Assembly: GCA_026391355.1 (NCBI GenBank)
Contig: JAPLDH010000045.1
Coordinates: 41,620 to 105,619, forward strand
Direction: 5' to 3'
DNA: 64,000 nucleotides
From: Bacteroidota bacterium
GTDB taxonomy: Bacteria; Bacteroidota; Bacteroidia; Bacteroidales; FEN-979
Of the stretch, positions 28,000-37,508 are shown one piece after another (position 1 is the first letter of the stretch; every line of letters begins with the position of its first letter). The notes under the pieces were generated by a model, which saw nothing but the letters and a program-made list of their open reading frames with translations, made no database searches and was not told where the DNA came from. The translations under genes were made by a program, and so were the position numbers.

Positions 28000-30237
28000 A
28001 TGAAAAGAAGTTTATTTCTGATTCTCTCAGCCCTGTTCCTTTTTTCTTTTGCCTATACGCAGAATAATAAGGGGATCACTGGTTCCCAGTCCTGTTCACT
28101 CAGGAAATCAAATCTGAAATGGATCCCGGCAAAACCGGTAAGCCATAAAAGTGCGGTAGCTCATACGTTTGACGTACAGAATTATACGCTGGATCTTGAT
28201 ATTTATGACTGTTTTTCAACCCCCTACCCAAATTCATTCAGCGGTTCGAATGTGGTGACCTTCAAAGTTGATTCAACCCTGAGTGCCATTCAGCTAAATG
28301 CGGTTAATACCTCCCTGGTGATCGATTCGGTTGGACTTGCAGGTAGCTCATTTTCCCATGAGGGCGATATGCTTGCAATTTACCTTGACAGAACCTATAC
28401 CCCAGGGGAAATCGTGCAGGTAAAGGTGATCTATCATCATAATAATGTGGTTGATAATGCATTCAATGTCCAGGGAGGAATGGTGTTTACCGACGCAGAG
28501 CCAGAAGGGGCCCGCAGGTGGTTTCCTTGTTGGGATAAGCCGAGTGATAAGGCAACACTCGATATGAAGGTAAAAGTGCCCTCCACCGTAAAGGTTGGTT
28601 CAAACGGAATGTTGCACGATTCTGTCCAGACCGATGATACCCTTGTTTATCATTGGATAAGCACAGACAGGCTTTCCACCTACCTTGTTGTGATCTCTGC
28701 AAAAGTGAATTATAACCTGGATATCATATACTGGCATAAACTCAACAACCCGAACGACAGTGTTCCTTTCCGCTTCTATTATAATGCAGGAGAGAATCCT
28801 TCAGCCATTGAAAACGTGATTGGTCCTATGACAACTTATTATTCCGAGCATTTCTGTGAACACCCACACCCTAAAAACGGTTTCGCTTCGCTGAATCCTT
28901 TGTTTTACTGGGGTGGAATGGAGAACCAGACCCTGACGAGCATCTGCCAGAACTGCTGGCAGGAAGGGTTGATCTCCCATGAATTTGCTCATCAGTGGTT
29001 TGGTGATATGATCACCTGCAAAACATGGGCAGATATTTGGGTAAATGAGGGATTCGCTACTTGGGTGGAGGCGCTCTGGGATGAGTATTACGGTGGATAT
29101 GGCGCATACAAAGCCTCCATCAACTCAGATGCTGCTGGTTACTTCTCCGGAAATACGGGCTGGGCTATCTCAGTTCCCGACTGGGCATATAACACGCCTT
29201 CGGTGGATGTTCTCTTTAATTATTCTATGACCTATGAAAAAGGAGCCTGTGCCCTGCACCAGCTCCGCTATCTGCTGGGCGATTCCATGTTCTTTGCTAC
29301 ACTCCACTCCTATTGCATGGATACAAACCTCAGGTTTGGCAATGCCTCTGTGAGGGATTTTAATGATAAAGTAAACCTGGTAACAGGAAAGAATTACGAC
29401 TGGTATTTCAATGCCTGGATTTTCCAACCAAATCATCCGGTCTATGATAATTCATATAATTTCCAGGATCTTGGATTAAATAACTGGAGAGTGAATTTCC
29501 TCGCAAAACAAGTACAGACCAATGCACCATTCTTCCCTATGCTACTACAGGTGAAAGTTTATTTTGAGGATAATTCCGATACCACATTCACCATTATGAA
29601 TGATGAAAATAACCAGGGTTTCTTCTGGAATGTAAACAAACAACCGGTGACCTTTCGGTTTGATCCTGATAACCAGGTGGTTCTGAAACAAGGTTCCACT
29701 ACAAACAGAGATATTGTTGCAATCGGGAATGATACCATGTTCCTGACGGCTGTTCAGAACAATTATGGTAATATCATTATCATTGCCAATACTGACTGGA
29801 GTGTCCAGGGCGATGTTCCCGACTGGTTATCTGTAAATAAAACAAGCGGGACAGGATTTGACACATTAATTTTTCATACTACTCAGGTCAATCCAACAGG
29901 ATCACAAAGAGTCTCCGGATTTGTATTAAGCTCTGCTATAGAAACCCCGAAGCCATTCACTGTTATCCAGTTGCCAATTCCGGGTGGCATAGATGAGAAA
30001 AATGCAGATTTTGTAAAAGTCTATCCAAACCCTTCCATAAACGGAATAGTCCATTTGCAGAGTGAATTCACTGTAAAAACAATTACAATCAGTGATTCAA
30101 GAGGAATGTTTATCCGGCAGGTCAGGGTAAATGACAAACGAACAACCCTTGATCTTTCAAAAGAGGCCAGAGGACTTTATTTCCTCAGGATAACAACGGG
30201 AACACGGGTTTCCAACAAAAAAATAATGGTTCTTTAA
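28000..30237 (+). CDS. M1 family aminopeptidase with BACON-like domain and T9SS C-terminal sorting domain
   Basis: Signal peptide, GGMENQ exopeptidase motif, HEFAHQWFGD...NEGFATW zinc site. There is a BACON-like segment (TDWSVQGDVPDWLSVNKTSGTGFDTLIF, about 29750-29950). A T9SS CTD follows (VYPNPSINGIVHLQ...GLYFLRITTGTRVSNKKIMVL). Confidence 0.88.
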   Translation: MKRSLFLILSALFLFSFAYTQNNKGITGSQSCSLRKSNLKWIPAKPVSHKSAVAHTFDVQNYTLDLDIYDCFSTPYPNSFSGSNVVTFKVDSTLSAIQLNAVNTSLVIDSVGLAGSSFSHEGDMLAIYLDRTYTPGEIVQVKVIYHHNNVVDNAFNVQGGMVFTDAEPEGARRWFPCWDKPSDKATLDMKVKVPSTVKVGSNGMLHDSVQTDDTLVYHWISTDRLSTYLVVISAKVNYNLDIIYWHKLNNPNDSVPFRFYYNAGENPSAIENVIGPMTTYYSEHFCEHPHPKNGFASLNPLFYWGGMENQTLTSICQNCWQEGLISHEFAHQWFGDMITCKTWADIWVNEGFATWVEALWDEYYGGYGAYKASINSDAAGYFSGNTGWAISVPDWAYNTPSVDVLFNYSMTYEKGACALHQLRYLLGDSMFFATLHSYCMDTNLRFGNASVRDFNDKVNLVTGKNYDWYFNAWIFQPNHPVYDNSYNFQDLGLNNWRVNFLAKQVQTNAPFFPMLLQVKVYFEDNSDTTFTIMNDENNQGFFWNVNKQPVTFRFDPDNQVVLKQGSTTNRDIVAIGNDTMFLTAVQNNYGNIIIIANTDWSVQGDVPDWLSVNKTSGTGFDTLIFHTTQVNPTGSQRVSGFVLSSAIETPKPFTVIQLPIPGGIDEKNADFVKVYPNPSINGIVHLQSEFTVKTITISDSRGMFIRQVRVNDKRTTLDLSKEARGLYFLRITTGTRVSNKKIMVL

Positions 30238-30263
30238 GTGATACGATAATTAACATCAGAATA

Positions 30264-30306
30264 AAACACCTCAAAGGATAACCGGTCTTTCGAGGTGTTT
30301 TTTATT
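30264..30306 (+). terminator. intrinsic terminator after the first M1 peptidase gene
   Basis: 9-bp stem AAACACCTC (30264-30272) / GAGGTGTTT (30292-30300), with additional inner AAAG/CTTT pairing, followed by a T-run. The track's GTG start (30295) for the next ORF lies inside this hairpin. Confidence 0.75.
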
Positions 30307-30360
30307 CCCCTTTTTTTAGGGTTTTCTGCTGACCTTTGCAACGTTATTAATGAAGGTGAA

Positions 30361-32040
30361 ATGAATTATTTCTACAGAGGCTATTTATTTTATGCACTGT
30401 TAATTTTTTTCGGATCGGCTTTTAACAGCCTCGCCGGATCAATCTCTATTGATACTTCCCATTTTTATATGAGACATTCTTTCGATGTTCTGAAGTACAA
30501 ACTTAATATTGATTTATACGATTGTTATACCTCCCCATACCATAAGGCTTACAGTGCGATAGAATCTATTACCCTGAAAATTGATAGCCTGTCAAATACG
30601 ATCAAATTGAATGCGGTGAATAGTTCGATTGTAATTGATTCAGTGAGAGGTGTGTGTAAATTCTTTACACATTCTGAGGATACATTACGAATAAGGCTTA
30701 ACCGTGATTTCCAACCCGGAGAAATTGTGAATATCCGGATACATTACAGGCATAAGGAGGTAGTTGATCATGCATTTTATTCAGGTTATGGATGTGTTTT
30801 TTTTGATTTTCCTCCGGAAGGAGCCCGTAAATGTTTCCCTTGCTGGGACAGACCTTCTGACAAAGCAATGTGGGAACTTACAGCAAAAGTTCCCCTGGAG
30901 GTCAGACTTGGTTCCAACGGAATACTATCAGACTCCCTCATTTCAGGTGATTCACTTTATTATCATTGGATCAGCAGTGAACCGGTTGCAACGTATTTAA
31001 TGACCATTTCATCGAATAACAAGTACAACCTTGATGTTCTATACTGTCATAACCCATTACATTCCGGGGACAGTACCCAGGCCCGTTTCTATTACAATAA
31101 AGGAGAAAAACCTTACGAAATTGAAAGGGTTATTTGTCCAATGAATACATTTTTCTCCAGTAAGTTCGGTGAATATCCTTTCAGAAAGATTGGTTTTGCG
31201 ACGATGAATGAATTGTTTAAATGGGGTGGTATGGAAAATCAGTCAATGATCAATCTCCAACCCAATGCATGGATGGAAGGCCTGATTTCCCATGAATTTG
31301 CGCATCAATGGTTTGGTGACCTCATTACCTGCGGCACATGGGCAGATGTTTGGCTTAATGAAAGTTTTGGCACTTATTGTGAATCACTTTGGCTCGAAAA
31401 TACGGGTGGCTTCAATGCTTACAAACAGCATCTGGATACGCAGGCCAATTCTTATCTTAAGGAAAATCCGGGTGTACCGGTTTATAATCCGGATTGGGCA
31501 ATCCATACTCCAACGGCAGAACAATTGTATAATGTCCCTATAGTTTATTACAAAGGTGCATGTGTCCTTCACCAGCTCCGTTATATACTAGGAGATTCCA
31601 TGTTTTTCATCGTCCTGAAGTCATATACCGGGGATACGAATTATCGCTATAAAAATGCAGTGACGGAGGACTTTATAGCAAAAGTTACTCAGGTGTCGGG
31701 GAAGGATTATTTCTGGTTCTTCGATGAGTGGATATATCATATTGATCATCCTGTTTACCAGAATAAATATAAGATAGAAAAGCAGGATGATATGCGATGG
31801 AAGGTAAAATTGAACGTCGTCCAGGTTCAAAAAAAGACGGTGGTTTTCAAAATGCCTTTAGAGATTAAGGTTCAATTTATTGATGAAAGAGATACTTTAG
31901 TTAAGGTAAATAATATGTTTAAAAATCAGTTGTTTGAGTTTGAATTTTCAAAACAACCACTTCGCATTTTATTTGATCCTTACCGTAATATCCTTTTAAA
32001 GGAAGCACTGACAATCGAAGGGATAATAAATGATAAATAG
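30361..32040 (+). CDS. M1 family metallopeptidase (tandem paralog, no T9SS tail)
   Basis: GGMENQS and HEFAHQWFGD...NESFGTY. The N-terminal domain is collinear with the upstream paralog (FDVLKYKLNIDLYDCYTSPY vs FDVQNYTLDLDIYDCFSTPY). The start is placed at ATG 30361 (MNYFYRGYLFYALLIFF, signal-like). Confidence 0.85.
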   Translation: MNYFYRGYLFYALLIFFGSAFNSLAGSISIDTSHFYMRHSFDVLKYKLNIDLYDCYTSPYHKAYSAIESITLKIDSLSNTIKLNAVNSSIVIDSVRGVCKFFTHSEDTLRIRLNRDFQPGEIVNIRIHYRHKEVVDHAFYSGYGCVFFDFPPEGARKCFPCWDRPSDKAMWELTAKVPLEVRLGSNGILSDSLISGDSLYYHWISSEPVATYLMTISSNNKYNLDVLYCHNPLHSGDSTQARFYYNKGEKPYEIERVICPMNTFFSSKFGEYPFRKIGFATMNELFKWGGMENQSMINLQPNAWMEGLISHEFAHQWFGDLITCGTWADVWLNESFGTYCESLWLENTGGFNAYKQHLDTQANSYLKENPGVPVYNPDWAIHTPTAEQLYNVPIVYYKGACVLHQLRYILGDSMFFIVLKSYTGDTNYRYKNAVTEDFIAKVTQVSGKDYFWFFDEWIYHIDHPVYQNKYKIEKQDDMRWKVKLNVVQVQKKTVVFKMPLEIKVQFIDERDTLVKVNNMFKNQLFEFEFSKQPLRILFDPYRNILLKEALTIEGIINDK

Positions 32041-32089
32041 ACTCCGGTTGCAAGGAAATAGGTAAATCCCTTCCGCAAACCCAGGTTAA

Positions 32090-34543
32090 TTAATTAAAGG
32101 AGATTGCATTTACTACTTTGTCATTCAACATGGCAAGGTTGTTTATTTCAGCCATTTCTTCAATGTAATGGAATGTCAGGCCGGTAATATATTCAGGTTT
32201 TATTTCTTCAATATCTTTCCGGTTTTCCCTGGACAGAATGATGTCAGAAATATTGGCCCTCCTGGCAGCAAGAATTTTCTCCCTGATCCCTCCAACCGGC
32301 AGGACTTTTCCCCTTAATGTAATTTCACCTGTCATTGCTAGTTTTTCCCTCACTTTTCTTTGAGTAAAAGCAGATACAAGGGCAGTAAACATGGTTATTC
32401 CGGCAGAAGGGCCATCTTTTGGGGTAGCGCCTTCTGGTACATGGATGTGAACATTCCACTTTTCAAAGACATCGGGATTTATCCCGAATATGAAAGCATG
32501 TGATTTAAGGTAAGCAAGTGCAATTGAGGCAGATTCCTTCATTACATCCCCAAGGTTACCGGTCAGGGTTAATTCTCCCTTCCCTTTACTTAGACTTACT
32601 TCAACGAATAATATCTCCCCTCCTGCTGCTGTCCATGCCAGCCCGGTTACTACACCGGCAACCTCATTTGAGATGTATTTATCCATCTGGAAGATTGGAC
32701 GGCCTAAAATCTTTCCAAGGTCTGCTTCTTCAAGGTTGCGTTTGAATTTTTCGTGAGTTACGATCGATTTTGCCTTATTCCTGATAACTTTTGCAATATT
32801 CTTTTCGAGGGTTCTGACACCCGACTCACGCGTATAATCTTCAATGATCTTCTGGATCAGTTCCTTGTTAAAAATTAGTTGTTTAGGGTGCATTCCATGC
32901 TCCTTCAATTGTTTGGGAACCAGGTGGCGGGTGGCAATCTCAATTTTCTCTTCAGCAATATATCCTGGAAGTTCAATGATTTCCATTCTGTCGCGTAAGG
33001 CCGGATGTACGGTACTTAATGTATTTGCTGTTGCAATAAACATAATCCTTGACAGATCGAACTCTAATTCCAGAAAGTTGTCATAGAATGCTACATTTTG
33101 CTCAGGATCAAGAATTTCGAGAAGAGCGGCCTGAGGATCTCCACTGATATTCATACCACTGACCTTATCAATCTCATCCAAAACAAAAACAGGGTTTGCT
33201 GTTTTCACTTTCTTCAGACTTTGGACAATTCTTCCCGGCATAGCGCCAATATAGGTTTTACGATGACCTCTCAACTCTGATTCGTCTCTTAATCCGCCCA
33301 ATGACATCCTGATATATTTTCTTCCCAGTGCCCTTGCAACAGACTTACCCAGGGAAGTTTTTCCTACTCCCGGAGGGCCTACCAGACAAAGGATTGGGGA
33401 TTTCAGGTCATTCTTAAGTTTAATAACCGCCAGATATTCTATAATCCTTTCTTTCACTTTTTCGAGACCAAAATGGTCTTCATCCAGGATCTTCTGGACA
33501 TGATGCAGATCAAGATTGTCGGTTGAATATTCATTCCATGGCAACTGGACAAGGGTCTCAAGGTAATTGATCTGAATTGAGTATTCTGCAGCTGCAGGAT
33601 GCATTCTTTGGAGTTTATTGATCTCTTTTTCGAAAACTTCATTGATTTCAGGTGACCATTTTTTATCTTTTGCCTGTTCTCTTAAGGTTGTGATCTCCTG
33701 AGCATTTGGCGCTCCGCCAAGTTCTTCCTGTATTGTTTTAAGTTGTTGATTCAAAAGAAAATCCCTTTGCTGCTTGTCGAGGTCGACCTTTACTTTGCTC
33801 TGAATCTGCTGTTTTAGTTCAAGCATTTGCAGTTCGTGGGTCATATGCAGAAGAACCAGATTCGCCCTTTCCATGAGATCAGACATTTCAAGGAGCTTTT
33901 GTTTTTCATGAAGTTCCACATTCAGGTTCGACGAAATAAAGTGAACCAGAAAATCAGGACTTTTGATATTCTTAATGGCAAATGCTGCTTCTGATGGAAT
34001 ATTCGGGGATTTATTAACAATCTGAATGGCCAAATCACGCAGTGAGGAGATCAGGGCATGAAATTCCTTATTATTCGGCAGATTGATGGGAACATTGTAT
34101 GCCTCGACACTTGCTTTTATATAGGGTTCATTCTGTATAGGTTCAATCACCCTGAACCTTCTTCTTCCCTGAAGAATAGCGGTATTATTACCATCGGGCA
34201 TTTGAAGGATCTTGATGATATATGCAACTGTTCCAAATGAATAGAGATCGGTAAATTCCGGATCTTCAATCTGGGGATCTTTCTGGGTAACGACACCAAT
34301 AATCCGGTTACCTTTATAAAAGTCCTTGATCAGTTTGATTGACTTATCGCGACCAACCGTAATAGGTATCACCACCCCCGGGAAAAGAACAGTATTTCTC
34401 AACGGGAGGATGGGTAAAACCTCCGGGATATCTTCTGAATTCATTACCTCTTCATCCTCAGACGAGAGCAATGGAATGAATTCGGTTTCCGCATCGAGAA
34501 TATCAGAAAATAGTAAAAGTGGGTTTATATTTGGGTTTTCCAT
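32090..34543 (-). CDS. lon: endopeptidase La (Lon protease)
   Basis: LON N-domain ([16 protein letters not shown]), Walker A ([13 protein letters not shown]), and the S16 protease domain with [17 protein letters not shown] catalytic serine and K (EKILAARR). Confidence 0.96.
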   Translation of the reverse strand: MENPNINPLLLFSDILDAETEFIPLLSSEDEEVMNSEDIPEVLPILPLRNTVLFPGVVIPITVGRDKSIKLIKDFYKGNRIIGVVTQKDPQIEDPEFTDLYSFGTVAYIIKILQMPDGNNTAILQGRRRFRVIEPIQNEPYIKASVEAYNVPINLPNNKEFHALISSLRDLAIQIVNKSPNIPSEAAFAIKNIKSPDFLVHFISSNLNVELHEKQKLLEMSDLMERANLVLLHMTHELQMLELKQQIQSKVKVDLDKQQRDFLLNQQLKTIQEELGGAPNAQEITTLREQAKDKKWSPEINEVFEKEINKLQRMHPAAAEYSIQINYLETLVQLPWNEYSTDNLDLHHVQKILDEDHFGLEKVKERIIEYLAVIKLKNDLKSPILCLVGPPGVGKTSLGKSVARALGRKYIRMSLGGLRDESELRGHRKTYIGAMPGRIVQSLKKVKTANPVFVLDEIDKVSGMNISGDPQAALLEILDPEQNVAFYDNFLELEFDLSRIMFIATANTLSTVHPALRDRMEIIELPGYIAEEKIEIATRHLVPKQLKEHGMHPKQLIFNKELIQKIIEDYTRESGVRTLEKNIAKVIRNKAKSIVTHEKFKRNLEEADLGKILGRPIFQMDKYISNEVAGVVTGLAWTAAGGEILFVEVSLSKGKGELTLTGNLGDVMKESASIALAYLKSHAFIFGINPDVFEKWNVHIHVPEGATPKDGPSAGITMFTALVSAFTQRKVREKLAMTGEITLRGKVLPVGGIREKILAARRANISDIILSRENRKDIEEIKPEYITGLTFHYIEEMAEINNLAMLNDKVVNAISFN

Positions 34544-34602
34544 GATTCAAAGTTACATCAAATCTATTATTATGCAATGTTGGAACAAAGGTCAGCCATG
34601 GT

Positions 34603-34618
34603 GGCAATTGTTGTGCCA
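34603..34618 (-). promoter_or_regulatory. candidate sigma-54 (-24/-12) promoter upstream of lon
   Basis: The minus strand reads TGGCAC-AACAA-TTGC, an exact match to the TGGCAC-N5-TTGC core. It lies in the 125-bp gap between the GlmU-like stop and the lon ATG, about 60 nt upstream of that ATG. Confidence 0.45.
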
Positions 34619-34668
34619 ATCATGCAATGATATGAAAAACGTTGAAGCTAAAAATTAATTAAGGACGA

Positions 34669-35859
34669 TTATAACCATCTGTTATTTAATGAAAGGCTAT
34701 AAACATTTGCGAGCAGTTCTTTATCTATTTCTGTGAAAACCAGACCCCTTCTCTGATATACAAGATCGGCGACTTCAATTGCTTTATCAAGTTTGTAGCT
34801 GCTATGGCCTGCGGTACCTCCCCAGGTGAAGGAAGGAATGAAATTCCGCTGGAATCCAGGCCCGAAGATATTGGCATTGACACCGACCACTGTACCTGTG
34901 TTGAACATGGTATCAATCCCTGATTTTGAGTGGTCTCCCATGATCAGTCCACAAAATTGCAAACAGGTGTTTACAAAAGTACGTTTGCCATAGCTCCAGA
35001 TTCTTACATTGTCGTAAGTATTCTTGAGGTTAGAGGTATTGGTATCCGCACCAAGGTTGCACCATTCGGCTATGACAGAATGTCCTAAAAATCCATCATG
35101 CGCCTTATTAGAGTATCCAAAGAGCACAGAGTTACTGATTTCCCCACCCACTTTACAATATGGCCCGATGGTAGCAGGTCCATATATTTTTGCTGACATT
35201 TTAACTGTAGCATGGTCACAAAGTACAAATGGGCCCCTGATCACACTGCCTTCCATAATCTCTGCATCCTGGCCAATGTAAATGGGCCCGTATGTGGTGT
35301 TGAGGATTGCACATTCAACCTTTGCCCCTTTTTCAAGAAAAATGGCTCCCTCTCCTATAACTTTATTGCTCGTACTTAAGGGTTGGGATTTTCTGCTATG
35401 AGTAAGAAGTTGAAAATCATCATTAATGGCCCGGCTGTTCTGCGAAAAGATATCCCATGAGTAGTTTATTTTCAGTGGGTTGGTTGTTACCGTGATTTCC
35501 TCAATCCCTTCGTATGTCGGGTCCCCAAGACTATTAAGCTCCTCGGCGGTAACATGGAGTGCAATGATTGTTTCATTTGAGACAACCGTCTGGTTTGGTT
35601 TTAGATTTTTTATAATCTTTACAATTTCGGCATTCGGACAAACTGATCCATTGATCAGGATATTATTTTCTTCCTTCAGGATTGGAAATTTTGGGGAAAG
35701 ATAGGTTTCCGTGAGTGTTGAAGTTTTTACTTTCAGATGTTTTTCCCATTTTTCCCTGATTGTCAGTATTCCGAAACGGATATCCGCAACCGGTCTCATA
35801 AACGTCAGGGGTAATAAGTTAGTTCTGACAATACTTTCGTCGAATAATATATAATTCAT
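34669..35859 (-). CDS. GlmU-family putative sugar-nucleotidyl transferase with left-handed beta-helix
   Basis: N-terminal nucleotidyltransferase-like region (LPLTFMRPVADIRFGILT). C-terminal hexapeptide repeats (IGQDAEIMEGSVIRGPFVLCDHATVKMSAKIYGPATIGPYCKVGGEI). The length and style match the alternative bacterial GlmU-like family common in Bacteroidota. Confidence 0.7.
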   Translation of the reverse strand: MNYILFDESIVRTNLLPLTFMRPVADIRFGILTIREKWEKHLKVKTSTLTETYLSPKFPILKEENNILINGSVCPNAEIVKIIKNLKPNQTVVSNETIIALHVTAEELNSLGDPTYEGIEEITVTTNPLKINYSWDIFSQNSRAINDDFQLLTHSRKSQPLSTSNKVIGEGAIFLEKGAKVECAILNTTYGPIYIGQDAEIMEGSVIRGPFVLCDHATVKMSAKIYGPATIGPYCKVGGEISNSVLFGYSNKAHDGFLGHSVIAEWCNLGADTNTSNLKNTYDNVRIWSYGKRTFVNTCLQFCGLIMGDHSKSGIDTMFNTGTVVGVNANIFGPGFQRNFIPSFTWGGTAGHSSYKLDKAIEVADLVYQRRGLVFTEIDKELLANVYSLSLNNRWL

Positions 35860-35940
35860 TTATCTGAATAGATTATGTATGTGAAACAAATGCGGTAAAT
35901 AAAGTTAATGACAAATTTATAAATTTATTATGTACCATGA

Positions 35941-35979
35941 AAAAAAAAGCCTCCATTTGGGTAAAATGGAGGCTTTTTT
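35941..35979 (-). terminator. intrinsic terminator downstream of rpmE2 (symmetrical A/T flanks)
   Basis: 10-bp perfect stem GCCTCCATTT (35949-35958) / AAATGGAGGC (35964-35973) with a 5-nt loop, flanked by an A8 run and a T6 run. Confidence 0.8.
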
Positions 35980-35995
35980 CAGCATTTCAGTCTGA

Positions 35996-36265
35996 TTATT
36001 GGTTATGAGTCTTGTCAATGTGTTTCTGGTACCTGCTTTTAAATTTATCCACCCTACCGGCAGTATCGATAAGTTTCATTTTCCCTGTAAAATAGGGATG
36101 TGATGTATGGGATATTTCAAGTTTTACCAATGGATATTCCACTCCATCTTCCCACATAATGTTTTCTTTCGTCTTAATGGTGGATTTTGAAATAAATGCG
36201 TAATCGTTTGACATATCTTTAAAAACGACCAACCTGTAATCCTTCGGATGAATATCTTTTTTCAT
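35996..36265 (-). CDS. rpmE2: 50S ribosomal protein L31 type B
   Basis: [10 protein letters not shown]...SHPYFTGK...[13 protein letters not shown] with no CxxC zinc motif, which makes it the type B (C-minus) form. Confidence 0.93.
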   Translation of the reverse strand: MKKDIHPKDYRLVVFKDMSNDYAFISKSTIKTKENIMWEDGVEYPLVKLEISHTSHPYFTGKMKLIDTAGRVDKFKSRYQKHIDKTHNQ

Positions 36266-36292
36266 TTTTTCTTCTGTTTTCTAATGAGGGAG

Positions 36293-36323
36293 CAAAGTTA
36301 AAAATTTTTCTTTGACTTTCAAA
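36293..36323 (-). promoter_or_regulatory. putative Bacteroidota sigma-A promoter for rpmE2
   Basis: On the minus strand, TTTG (36323-36320) and TAACTTTG (36300-36293) are separated by 19 nt. The -7 box lies 28 nt upstream of the ATG at 36265. Confidence 0.4.
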
Positions 36324-36362
36324 AAAAATATCCTTCTTTTATTAAATTAATAAGGGTCAACA

Positions 36363-37439
36363 TTATAACTCAATTAAAAACTTCATTGTATCCTTATTAT
36401 CCGCATAATCCCATAAAGCAGGATGCTGGGCTTGTCCTGGTTTTATCCAGTTGTCCTTTAATGTCAGACTACAAACGATACACTGTATCTGTTCGGATTG
36501 TCCATCCAACTGAAACGAGAGTTTTTCAAGGTCACTGTAAAATTCATAATAGAGAACCGATACCGGCGATGACATTGCAATATTTTCAGTAATCAACACA
36601 TGTCCCATGTCCAGAAAAGGTATGGCATTCATCAACATAACCGATTTATGATAGTCATAATTGTTCCTGAATTTGTGATGGAACCTGTAGTATCCATATT
36701 TTTCAAGAGGGCTGAACAATTTTCGAATGTCATAACCTTCAGGAATGTACAATTTGGAAACGCTTCTGCATCCCAGTCCAAAATAGAGAAGAATGTCGTC
36801 AGCAAGTCCTGAGAGTTCTTCACCTGTTTCCCTGCCGGTTATTACAGCAACGCTGTTTCTGTTTTTTCGCAGGATGTTTGGGTATTTCCCGAAGTAATAC
36901 TCGAAATACCTCGAAGAATTATTACTACCGGTAGCAATTATTGCATCAAAAGGTGAAAGCGGGAACCCTGCAACGGTGATCCTGTCTTTCCACTCAGGGT
37001 GAATCATTGTCAAAATATCAATTACCGCTTGCAACAAGACTGCATCCTTAGATGAAAGTTTTACCAGGATGCGGTGTCCGGCCATCAGGATACACAGGAA
37101 ATCATGAAACCCCACCATAGGAATATTTCCTGCCATTATGACACATATCGTTTTAGGATTCCGGGATTTTTTCAGGATTGCAGCGTAAGCGAAGAGCCAT
37201 TTCGTCAATCTCTCATAAGTAAGGAGTTCTGCGAGACTGGAAAGTAAAAAATCAATATTTTCAGGGGTAAACCATGGATTTTCAACATGGGCACGGACAG
37301 CCGCTTTTTTCAGGATACCGGCCAAAGGTTGATCCGGGTCGGAATGAAATTGTGCAAACATTTCTCCGATCCTGACAAACGAATCGATACGTTCTTCAAT
37401 AGTCATGAATTCCGATGTTAAAATGCAAAAGTAATCCAT
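36363..37439 (-). CDS. LuxC-like acyl-CoA reductase family protein
   Basis: The length and layout match the stand-alone Bacteroidota acyl-CoA reductase (LuxC) family (NPWFT.ENI, GNIPMVGFHD, SNNSSRYFEYYFG). The start could instead be ATG 37406 (MTIEERIDSF...). Confidence 0.6.
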   Translation of the reverse strand: MDYFCILTSEFMTIEERIDSFVRIGEMFAQFHSDPDQPLAGILKKAAVRAHVENPWFTPENIDFLLSSLAELLTYERLTKWLFAYAAILKKSRNPKTICVIMAGNIPMVGFHDFLCILMAGHRILVKLSSKDAVLLQAVIDILTMIHPEWKDRITVAGFPLSPFDAIIATGSNNSSRYFEYYFGKYPNILRKNRNSVAVITGRETGEELSGLADDILLYFGLGCRSVSKLYIPEGYDIRKLFSPLEKYGYYRFHHKFRNNYDYHKSVMLMNAIPFLDMGHVLITENIAMSSPVSVLYYEFYSDLEKLSFQLDGQSEQIQCIVCSLTLKDNWIKPGQAQHPALWDYADNKDTMKFLIEL

Positions 37440-37508
37440 TCAGAAATAACCCTGAAAGATCAATGATCATCTGAAAAAATAATAGATTCGTTTTTTCGTT
37501 ATAAAACG

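Noticed and set aside
32045-32082. Imperfect hairpin (TTGCAAGG...CCTTCCGCAA) between the second M1 gene and lon as a terminator.
   Set aside because: The stem needs a 2-nt bulge and has a 13-nt loop, and no T-run follows on either strand. It is too weak to report as a feature.
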